A DNA stretch of 29,873 nt from Trichoplax sp. H2 (lineage: Eukaryota). Numbering within the stretch: position 1 is the first letter of the stretch; each line of letters begins with the position of its first letter. Shown here one piece after another: positions 13,232 to 25,400 of the stretch. The notes under the pieces were generated by a model that did no database searches, had not been told where the DNA came from, and saw nothing but the letters and a program-made list of their open reading frames with translations. Made by a program: the position numbers and the translations under genes. The stretch spans positions 186,001 through 215,873 of the forward strand of contig NOWV01000129.1 in NCBI GenBank assembly GCA_003344405.1, given 5' to 3'.

Positions 13232-13455
13232 CCAATCTTGAGCTGTCTTCCAATCACTACTACTGTAGGATGTTGCGACATTATTGATATGTAAACTATT
13301 ATCAGTGGTTGCCATATCCTCTAGTATTTTGAACTTGCAATACGCAAGTAGTTCATCACACAACTGCTTCATGTTGCTATAATCATTCATCTGTAAATCA
13401 GCAAAATTTGGATATGGCATAGCATCATCGAATATTTGTGTAGATGAAAAGTCAC
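13232..13455 (-). CDS. Kinase-like domain exon 3 (DFS motif, shortened C-lobe)
   Basis: CTTTTAG acceptor in phase 1. Splicing gives VVLSDFSSTQIF (DFG-equivalent), then NDYSNMKQLCDELL (alphaF-like). Donor GTAAGT after QDW, or read-through to a stop at 13163. Confidence 0.7.
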
Positions 13456-16400
13456 CTAAAAGAGCAGTAATTTTCTTTCCCTGTTCATAAATATATATAT
13501 GGAGACCGTAAGTATTTTTAATACATACTGAAATTTTGAAAAAGTAGCTATAGCATACGTATATACATCTGTGCTTGAAAATATTTGGTATAATGTTTGA
13601 TATCTACTTGACTATCTGGAACTTGCTACATTATCCTTATTGTCAGTACTACAATAGCATAACTCATCAAAGTAAATGCAATTACGCGCCAAGTGTGAAT
13701 TAAACAATAGCTTGGACGAATTTACACATAAGGAATACATAAGTATTCTAACTACGTATCATGCCTTGTTGATTTATCTAAACTTCAAATAGAGATAACT
13801 AAATTTTATGCCTTACTTACATAATAATTTAGAGGAATACAGTTTCAGGATATGATCTTAATACGTATTATTATTAAAACATGAATCTCTAAATTTACTA
13901 AAACCGTGTTGTATAATGTCATAATGCTTTCATCAAAATATGTTTTAGGTCTAGGATCAATTAAACTTCATTAGGTGCATTACTTGACAAAAAAGATCTT
14001 GTACGTTTGATTTCTTCTAGTTTACAATAATTACCATTTAGATTCTTGAGATAACTGAAGGCAACGCATTTAACAACAATACACTCTTAATTTCTGATTG
14101 TTGATCCTAATTGAACTATTCTATTGTTATCGGGTTGCATATGTTAAAATTTTTATCATTCGCATGGTTACTTAAAACTACTGATTTGAATACCTGGCTC
14201 AGTAGTGCTATGAATATAGCGTCCATATGGATATTGCCGTAGATAATTGAATGAAATTTCAATGAATTGAAAGCAACCTCAATATCCTTAACGATTTGGA
14301 TAACACTTTCTGGCGTTAAAAAATCGGATTGACTGGAGATTAAGTCACTTAATATTCCTATATCTTCGCCAGGTAATGCGTAACATATCAATCTACAAAG
14401 TAATGGATAATTGTTCTGTCATCAGGCTAATAATATATAAACCGATGATTTTTTTATTATTGTCATTGTATGAATATTGTAACATAAATCGTTCGATTTA
14501 TGATGAATTGTTAGTACTTTAAGATTGCAGCATAAGTTTCCATATCTTACAATCTATTGTGTATTTCTGCTCCGAATCTTTCACCACCTTGTATTTTATA
14601 TTTATTACCACCTTCAAACCAAATGCATTCCACAATATTACTTATATGCCAATTTCGTAGTGCGATATCATAATAAAACTGTTTTTCCTTTTCCCATAAA
14701 TTTCTATCTTTTCTATCGTAGCATTTAAGCCATCCAAGTTTACAATTCTTATGGCTTCGGTCAATCAGTCTTAATTTGAAGTTCTAAAATCAGCAATAAA
14801 CTAGAAAATTATTATAAGCATGTGGTAACTTGTCAATAGTAATACAAGTAAGCAATACTGAGTTGCCTACTATATCAATAGGTAGAATATAAAGAGATCA
14901 AATTTAATTTAACAATTTTGATCTATTTTTGATAATATCTTATTCAAATAAAAATTATGTTAAAGTTGTCATGATTATCTTGATAACGTAAGAAATAATC
15001 CGATTAAACAGCAGGTTTGATCAGTATATGCTAAAGTATGTATCATTTAAGTTGGAAGTAGAATAGGTAATTTCTGCCTTATTCATACTGGTACACTTTT
15101 TAATGAATGTGAGAACTGAAAGCTTTACAACCTAGAGTAGTAGAAAAGTAACAATTTCTGCTTTTAAAAGGCTTAAAGCAATATTGACGCGTATGACACT
15201 TAAACTGAAATTTAAATGCTGCTCTAATTCTTTACGATCTTCAATAAATTGTTGTGGCTTGTTTTAATATCGAATGGATATGTATTTGCAACTATACTGC
15301 AATGGGAATTTGAAGCTGAAGATTCGATATTTAAAATCGAAATTTCACTTTGCGTTAAGCTTAATATCGCAGTAACAATATTAATTGTTAGTAATTTGTA
15401 CTACGATTCTTAATATGGTCACAATTTTGCTAATTTTTGGCTAATAAATTTAATGCTTTGTAGTGAATATACAATATGGATGACAAGTTCATTTTTTAAA
15501 TTTCCGAGAAGAAAAATTTTGTATGTGCCATAAATTCCAAAGAAATCAGGTGATTTCGGGTATAAATTAAAGTTATTTGGATAAATTTATATGTAAGGGA
15601 TTGTAATTTGAGTAGACTTCAGATATTTTTTGTAGTATCCTGAGTTTAGTACTTGAGTTAAATTTTTAATTCAGTATTAAATCATCAATATGCACTACCG
15701 TAGTCTATAATAATTATGTAGTTTATTACGACTAGTTGCTCGTGCCCCTGCAAATACAGTAATTCAATGCCCGTGCTTTACGAATGGAAGCATAATAGGT
15801 CATGCGCTAGAATTTATAAGCGTATGCACCGAGTAGATCGGAAGTTCTTTTGCTAATAGTTTGCTGTAAATACAGTTACGGTTAGTTTTATAGTAATAAA
15901 GCTTAATTTAGGTTTTAACTCCAGTTAGTCTGATTTATTGTGAACGCTTAAGAATTGACTTCGCTAAATACTTCCATTTGATCATGTAATGAGACATAAA
16001 TTTTTCAAATTCTTCTTTGTAAATTAACTCGTTTTATAGAAATAATATTTATCTGAGCGATAATTATGAAGCATAGACAGATGTACAGTTAGGTACTATT
16101 ACTTAGGCAATAAAATTTCTGCATTAAGATGACTTCATCACAAATGTATATGCCACTTACATTCGCTTAAAAAGTGTGTACTAATGCTTTATTAGTGAAA
16201 TTTTTGAAGATTAAAATTTTGATGCATTTCAAATTAGAGTGTTGATAACACATGTGATGTAATTTTAATTTTAATAATTTCCAACTTACATATGTAATTT
16301 CAGTAGTAGATGAAGTTGAGATTATAGAGATTTTCTCATTTCTTAGGGATTCAGGAAAGAAGTCTAGTGAAATTTCGCATTAAAATAGAAATATTAACTT

Positions 16401-19400
16401 TTTATATTTTTATCACTGTCCATAAGCAACGAAAGCTTAAGACGATGGCGTTAGGCTTAAAGTAGAGTATTAAATACGAGTTCTTGATAGGTGCCTATTA
16501 TAATTATTAATTTGATTTTATATCAATTATCCTCACAGATAAACCAGTTATCGTTTTTCATTCTGGCATAACCCTTTGACAATCCCATAATAATTAGCAT
16601 AAAGTTTGATATCTCTACACTTCTAGCCTTCATCGTATAGCGCATTAGAATTAGCTTAATGACAATATAGAGCATCATTGGTTAAACATTTGGTCTAGTA
16701 AAATTTTACATCTTAAGACAGCATGTTCGAATGTCCTTATCGCTCACTTAGTCTAATTCCAATGTAACTCAAGAAATGGAGGAGTAAATTTAATGAATAA
16801 TTTGAAAGAAACAGGTTCTATAGTGAGACCTTAATTATCATCAAGTAAGATGGTGGTGCTAGATCTGAGTAGACTAGTAGTGTCAAAGATAATTTTTTAG
16901 GTATTAGAATAGTCGAGTAAGTTGGCGAATAATTTAAGAGCGACAACTATAGCCTTGAATAAGAATGTAAGTTATTTCTTAGGAAGGAATTCAGTCGGAG
17001 ACCCAGCAGCGTATAGATTCATTTGTCTAAGTTTGCAAATATAGCATTCAAGGATTAAATTAAGCAATAGCCCATTTTAGCTACTAATATTAAAAAGCAA
17101 CTTATTGTGGAACCGTTCCATAGTAGGGAAAGGAATTATTCTTTTTACATTATTTGAAACTGGCCATAAATGTAAATCCTGCATTAAGAAAGGCTAGATT
17201 GTAAAACAGCAATACTATGGACGGTGCAAATTTTAATTACTGTTGCCCAGTATAATGTCAGTATTGATAAAAATTATGGAAATATATTATCCAGCTACTA
17301 TTTTTAGAAGGCCAAGCTAGTAAATAGATACTTAAATGAAAATAGGATTTTCAAGGGTTTTACTAGGTCCTAATTTGAAGGGCTACATGGTAATATTGTG
17401 AGTAGTAAGATAAGATTGTATAAACGGGTATAGTAAAACTATACGACTTTATGTATTTTGGGTACCAACGGTAATAAATCAGTTTTAGCTTGCATCTCCC
17501 ACAGAGTGTATTTTGCCAGTTGTTATATCGGCAGTCCTGTTATACGACTCGGCTAGCAGCACAATGTATATTACAAGATAATGGTTATATACCTGTGTTA
17601 GTACAAGTTACATAGCAATGAAGCGTATCGATTAACAGTAAATCTAAATCTTTATCCGCCTTAATCTACATTTCTAATAATAAATCACAAAGATATCTAT
17701 CCATAGAACACTGTAGCAATCTTATACGTTAGTTTAATAGATTTTTGACTAAGGTGTATGACACTACTGAATATTTCGAAACTAGGAATATCTAATATAT
17801 GGCAAGAACTGTTCATCATCTCTATTATTAGTTCAGAAAATAAATCATAATTTACTGCGTTATTACGCTGCCTAATTTTTAGAAGTTATGGAAATATTGT
17901 TAATCACAGTGTTTCAGTGATACTGTAATAAAGCGATTTTGTAGACTACAGCTCAAAGTGCCTACTGATTGTAGGCCTTTTCGAAGGGTAGTTCTTTGGC
18001 ATTAAAATAGCAGTACTGCAATTTTACTCGATCTTACAAAAGATTACTACTGTAATTTGTATAGTAATTTTAAAATACTTACATTTGCTGAAGCTATAAG
18101 ATTGATTCCTAGGCAATTTGATCGATGAAATATATTGCAATATATTTCTTATATGCATAGAGGTGTGATTCAAGAAGGTTTCGGTGAATATTGTATACAA
18201 GACTGGATTTATACATGAATTCAGAGGTAAAGATAGGACAGCTACAAACGGTAACAAATGTGTGTCCAACTCAGAGACTATTACGCCTCTAATAAGGATG
18301 ATGTAAAGCGGTAACCAACATAGAAGATCAGTAATTACAACACTAATCATCTTCGTTTGTATAATTCTATCAAAGAGCGAAACTTTTCTACATGCTTCTC
18401 TGCGCGATTTCGTTAAGGTAACCAAGATTACAGCATACATACTACAAATTGTTATCCAAATTATAAAGGTGACGCTACAGTAAATTAATAGCCATGATAG
18501 CAGATAGGGATTTCCTATATTTCCAGGCATACAAGCAGCATTATTACCGTGTATACGATAATAAAATGTCTGATTAATGCCATAGAGTGATGGTAAGCCG
18601 GCAAATACAGCGGAAATTGACCAAAATAAGAAAGAGAGAATAATAATGCAACGATACGATAAGCGATAATTCTCAAATGGATAAACCAAATGTAAATAGC
18701 GATCTAGAGTGATTAGAAACATGATGAATGTCGACATCAAAGATGAAACGGAGATAAGAAACGTAGAGATTAAACAAGCTGGATTTTGTAACCAAATTTC
18801 ATGATTATCAGCAAAGCGTCCACTAAAGTATGTATTTGCTGATGCGATAATAATTAAATAAATACCCATCAGTAAATCGGCAGCAGATAAGTTAAGAATT
18901 AGTACTTTTACTATTACATATTTTTTTTGCATATTTCGAGTATGTAAAGCTAATGAAATTATATTGCCAACGATGGATAAAGCACCGGTAAACCAAACAA
19001 ATATTCGGAGTATCCCATGAGACAAAATATCATTACAGGTTGAGAGACTGAATTGATCAGGTAATGGCTCGCAAAGCATTATTCTTCTAGGGGCGTGACA
19101 GCATAGATACTCCCGCGATGAAGCTCTGTATTCAGTTAGTAAACATATTTAGTGAAACTTCAGAACAACAAAGTTAAAACAGTAGTTTTATACATGGAAA
19201 CATTCTTATACTAAGGTAAATAAGCGAACTTACTGATTAATAATTTGGCTTAACTTACAAAAATGTTGAACTACAGTAATTAGCTAATGCATCACTAACC
19301 AATGAAGAATAATGATTTATTTCAATATCCGCAGAAGAAATGGCTAGATACTTGCTGAGATACGGTAAACCTAGCCAGTAGTTTCTAATGCATATGTTTT

Positions 19401-22400
19401 ATCACTTAGAGTATCTGTGATGAATCGAATATACGTACAGCTGGGCTTGATATCAAATTATGGGAGAATAAATAAATACTTATTCTTAAAAATCTCGGGC
19501 ACGGAATCATTGAACATCGATGGTCTTAATTCTTTAAATGCTTATGTCAACATGCCAAGTTATTCAATAGTTATTTAACTTTTCAAAATTAGATCTGGTT
19601 AGAATCTAAAAGGGTATCACTACAAACTGTTTACATTGGTTTTACCGTATGCTGGAAACATCTAATGTCGTAGTTATAAACCCTTTAAGAATGAATCAAA
19701 ACAGTCTAATGGGCTTTATTAAATTCATTTCATAACATCTTTTTTCTTAAAAGGTTATGAAAATCACTCTGGAACATTGCTGTCATGATACTTACATATC
19801 TGTTAGTGATGAAGCAGCAAGTAGAGAATATCTATTGAAGTGGATCAAAGGGTTATTCTTTATTCTTCTGTAAAATCAGAATTAAAAAAAGTCAGAGAAT
19901 TGCTGTAAATTTTAACTTGTGAGCAATTTAATAGTAGCGCTTCAAAACTTTAGGCAATAACCATAGCTCAGATAATATACTTTAGGACCTCCTTTTGACA
20001 GTTTATGAGTCATTACTAAATTTACTAATACGGTAATATTGTTGAATATTACTTATTTCCGACAAGCCTAAATGTATAATATATGTTATATATATCGTAT
20101 GTACGAATTAATAATGCAGCCATATCTATTTTTTCTAACAGCCCTACAGCACCTTATTTGGATCTTTTATAAAATGGTACGCTATCTTATATCTGTTTTT
20201 GTTTTCAATGACGTTCTATTAGACAAATACAGTAATTTATTGGAGAGACCTCTAACGGAACTATTTTGTGTCATGCCGTTATGAATTAAGAAGTAAAACC
20301 TACCTATACTTATTAAAAATTGAATGTTTTAAGGCAAGATTTAAAACTAACTTATTATTTATTAAAAACTATTAAATATAGCGCGGTAATCGTAGTTGTT
20401 ACAGGTATGTAATGGTACAAAAATGAAGATGTTGCAACATATAGGCCATTTAAAATGATTTTAAAGATATGATCATCTGACCCAAAATTCATTCACTTAC
20501 AGGCCATTTAGGCTTGGTAAATTTGCAAAGCAGTATGGTTCCAATTTGACAATTTGATTATTATTGAGATTTCTAGATATTGCATTATTGAGAAAATGAG
20601 AAAAATTGTATAAGTTCATAATTCTTACGGATTTAAAAGTGAAATATCAAGTAGATACTTGAAGTAATAAAGATATTCGAATATTCAGAAGTGAGCCAAT
20701 TACTGCACGAGACACATACTGCATGGGCTCCACAAAAATTATTACATTAAACGGCTTCACGTGTGCTAAATATTACTCGCAGTTATTGGCTTATTTAAGT
20801 CTGAAATTTTAAATTAATACGCCTGCAATGGATTTTAATTTTGTTTACATCAGAAAGTATATAATAATCAATGCTGGTAACAGATATTTTACAAACTTTC
20901 TATAGAATTTAGGTATTTTGCAAAATAGCTGATTTCACAACTTACTGTTTTAACATGTGTTCAACTGATGCTGTATAATAAGGGAACAAACCGGTGAAAT
21001 CATGTACTGTACTTAGGCTATGGTATTTTGTGATACTTTTCAGACTGCATTCATGCTTACAGTTCTTTTAATTTCCCACTTTCGATCTTCTGAGTTACAC
21101 ATATATCAGATATGTTGTTATAATCAAGGTTTCTATAATGTATTTAATAGTTACAACATAATTAACGCTAGTGGCTTCTAAAATATAGAGTTTGACCTGC
21201 AAGTTAGGCCATTATCATTAGCATATTTTGAAATTTAACTTAAAATGAAAATGTTAAGGTCTAATTCCAAATTCTCATCACTTACATCACCTCTAAGTTA
21301 GTTAACTTCATTAGAGATAAATAGTCACTGTTCCCAAGTTGATTATGGTCTAATATTCTAAATGAGAAGATATTGCTTTAAAATTAAATCAATGACTTAA
21401 TTTTTATTACAAGTTTATGCTTATCCATCTTTTGTTTATTAACAATATAATTTAATATATAATTTATTGTATTAATTGTGGACTAAAATTAAATTTAAAC
21501 CTGACACCCCCTTCAAATTCTTAATTCTTAAGTTAATTAACTACATTAACATTTATTGTATAAACTTTCTCTCACCAAATCAAAATTATTTACAGTTTGA
21601 GAATATTAGTATTGTGGTTTAAATTTGTGCCGTATTTATAAGAATTTAGTCCGAAATGTTTATTGTACAGTAAATAGACTTGCATCGGTCATAAATGTCG
21701 TAAGCAAAGCTGACGTTTAAACCCATAGTAGGTCAGATTAAGTAGGAATAGTTAACACAGATAGGTGATATCAGTATCAGTAGCTGACTGACTGGGATTA
21801 AGTTGGGACGAAAGCCTGAAAGGAATTTGTTTGTGCCTCTACTCGATGCTGGACCCTAGAGGTCAATACTATCCAGTATATTTACCGATTTTTATTACTG
21901 TCAGCTAATCTTAATCATAGCCCAATTATAAAAATTACTTTACAACAAGAATCTAGGTGGCTAGGCAAATTACTTCTTCACTTACAGATACGTAACATGA
22001 TTTAAAGTCGAGATGAACCTTGGACCGATGATTTTAAGTTGACATTCTGACATTTTTCTTAAAATATAAAATTTAAATTTTTACAAATCATAAAAAGTTT
22101 TTATAAAATATTACTTATTAAATACAAAATTCAGTTACAATTTAATTATTAAAATAAATTATTATTTAAATACACTTACACATACTGTACGTTATTCATA
22201 TCAAAAAGTAGATTCTTAGGCGTTTGATCAAGATCATAGCCATCTAATGTTCTATTGTTGCAAGTAACGTAACAGAAATCAAACCAATAAATACCGTGAT
22301 ATTTAATTAATATGTTAATATTTTTCTAGTTTGAAGTTAGATACAATAACAAGAAATTAAGATACAATGTCATATAGTGCTTTCTTTCAGATAGTATTGC

Positions 22401-25400
22401 GATCAATTTGTCAGTTGTTAGATTAGTGTAGCTCAGACTCCTAGAAGCGGAAGATAATTGAAGAGGAAAATAGTGGACAAGAAAAAATATGCATAATTTT
22501 AAGCACAATTAACTTGTAAGAATCAAAGCTTTATAAATATGGTACAGTATACTGGTTTATAGATAGTTCGATCATTTGATTATTGTAATTAACTCAAAAA
22601 AGATAAAATCTCGATTAAAGTATTGGATTTAGAATTCTAAAATCTTCGGAAAGAAGTTCTTCTGTAACTATTAAGACGTTGATGCAAGAGTATTTTAGTT
22701 ATTCAGTGTGAGAAGTCGATTTCTTACAAAATTTTAATATTGGACAGATTCATAATCCCATAATGATCTATTTCTTTTAGATTATTACCATCCAGAAATC
22801 TGCGAGAAAAATATCGTTGAAATATTACTGCCAATCTTAATATATTTACCTTGCTAACTGAAAATCGTTAGTAAACAAATCATGATAGTTAGATATGACA
22901 TAAATTTGAATTTATCTGTCTTTAATCTGATTTCTGATCTGCATTTAAATCATGGTAGCAGAAATGTCATGTGAAATAATAGCAATTTCATCATTGTTAC
23001 TATACCGGAGAAAGTGTATGAAATCTGTAGAGTACGTGATTGTAGTGTGTTCACTAATGTGCATCTGAAGGTACATGTAATTTAGTCCTAATACCATCAA
23101 CCTTTGATACTAAATATTTAATCCCGTGAAGATAATTAACTCATAACATAATTAATCAACTAAAAATATATTATGAATAAGTAATGCAGAATTATTAAAT
23201 CATATGATAACTAACTCATAACCTAATTAATTAACTAATTAACAATGTAGTATAAATGTATTTAGTGCAATGTATATTAATTGTCAATAAAGCGATATTA
23301 TTAAATCATATCAATGTATACTATTATACGTATGTCATGCTGTTAGTATATACTGTGAAATTTCTTGGAGTCTTGTTAGTGCTAACTATTATAATTATTT
23401 ATAGAATATTAGTTCACAATTAGTGCATTGATTAGTGTATTCCCAATGGTGTTACTGAGTAGTTGTTGTTTTTATTAATGAAAATGTTATCTATCAGTAA
23501 TTTTTTTATTCATTAATTAGGGACAATGTCTATATAATGGATTATTCGTAAAATAAAGCCGTTAAACGAGTGTTCTTAAGTTACGCTGTGCAGTAATAGC
23601 CTACAAGAATAAATCTATACACATCGGTATAAGAATTTTTTATAGGATTAAGGTACAGAAGTACTGAAAATATCAGCAAAGAAATAGGTTCTTAAAGATT
23701 AGCTCGAAGTATTAGCAATCAAAGAGTTATCTTCTAGATCAGAGAAGAAAACTAAAATTAATTCACATTATCTTCGTATGTATTGATATGGAAGTGTTAA
23801 TTAAGATTTACTACTAAATCTGTTGTCCATTCAAATATGGTATGATTAAATAGTATGAAGTCATATCCTGAAAGAGTAAAAATAAATTGTCACATAATTA
23901 ATACTTTTAACTTTACAAAAGTACATAATCTACGGCGATTTAGCTCATCGTGTAAATTCAAACCTTTTTTGGTATGTATCGTTCGATTTTTAAATGAAGC
24001 AAAGAAAGGATATACCCAAATTTGTTTACTGCCACGTAAGATATTTTACATTTGTGTGGTTCATTAGTATTTGCAGTTTTTGTAATCATTTTATGATATT
24101 GTAATAATTCAAAGACAATTTGAAGGAAGCTAATATTTAGTTGGCTTATAAAGTAACATATAGATAGTGCGACACTCTGCGTATGCCATGATTAAAGATA
24201 TATTTACGTTATTTACAGAAAAAATAATAATTTTGCTAAGTCTTATTCATTATAGATCGAATTGAACTAGCTAAATTACAATATTTTATAAAGATGCGAG
24301 CTTGCTTGATTAGCAATTTGAAATTTCTATTTTTTAAGTGTAATAGCTTCATTGCTACAACGGGTCTCAATTCTTTATACAAGAACGTGTATCGTACTTT
24401 ACTGTTTCATCATCAGCTAAGGCCCACTAACATACTTTTTCCTACTCTAATCATTTCATCAAGGCTAAAGAGCTCAATAACGGACGTCGAATATTCACAC
24501 AGCTGTATTTACTGTAGTTATACTTGTATAATAGTATGATCTCGCTTTTATGTTATTCGAACTATTTTAGAGAGTTTCGTCCCCAATTGTAAACTGATTT
24601 GTAACAACGATATACGGGATTTATTTAACGTAATACCTGAGAATTGTAGTAGTAATTGACACTGTATTTCGAAAATTATTTACAGATAACAACACTTATT
24701 CTGATTCTTAATTAAATGATAATTGTTTGATAAACTTGTGATCCTATAAAAGTAAGCTCAATTAGGATATCTCCTAATCATTTAATAGAATACTCTTGCA
24801 TTTTAATAACAAGTATAATTGCATAAATTTGACCCGTTAAATTGGTTTTATCACCAAAAAATCAGGTGAAATAAGTTAACTATAAAGTAAATTTATGCTG
24901 GTTGCTATAATCAATTGTATCAATGCCAAATAAGTTCACCGCAATATTTCACATGATATTACTTAGCCTGATAAATGATCTTAGTTGATAATACCGGAAT
25001 GACAAAAATCAATTATTCTTTCGCTGTTTTTAAGATAAAAAAGTAATATGCACTTACAGTCCTTGGATATAAGGAATCTCTTTAAGTAAATCTGTGTTGA
25101 TAATCGAAGTATTTAGATGACAGTTCATCATTGCTCTAGTAAGATAAACATAGGAATTAGCCAAATTTTGCCGAGTTCACAAAAACTAAAGCCTCGCTAC
25201 AATAAATTCTTTTAAATTTATTATTATTTTAAGATACTCTAGAACTGTTTAATTTAGAATGAATAATTTGAACAGTGATCGATTAATCTTAAGAAAACTA
25301 ATAAAAATTGATATAAATAATTTCATTTACAAAGTAGCAAGAGATCCAAGATGCCGAAGTAGGTGAGAGTCAAAGGAGCGCAAATTTACGCTGTTCATGA

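Noticed and set aside
14525-14728. + strand 67-aa ORF
   Set aside because: Antisense shadow of the kinase-like exon 14551-14783.
24436-24502. AG/GTATGT-bounded open segment (LCEYSTSVIELFSLDEMIRVGK)
   Set aside because: Phase 0 to 1, incompatible with the flanking phase-2 LRR exons; no partner exon found.
20072-24539. + strand ORFs 20072-20284, 23855-24067 and 24294-24539
   Set aside because: Short, motif-less and antisense within LGR introns.
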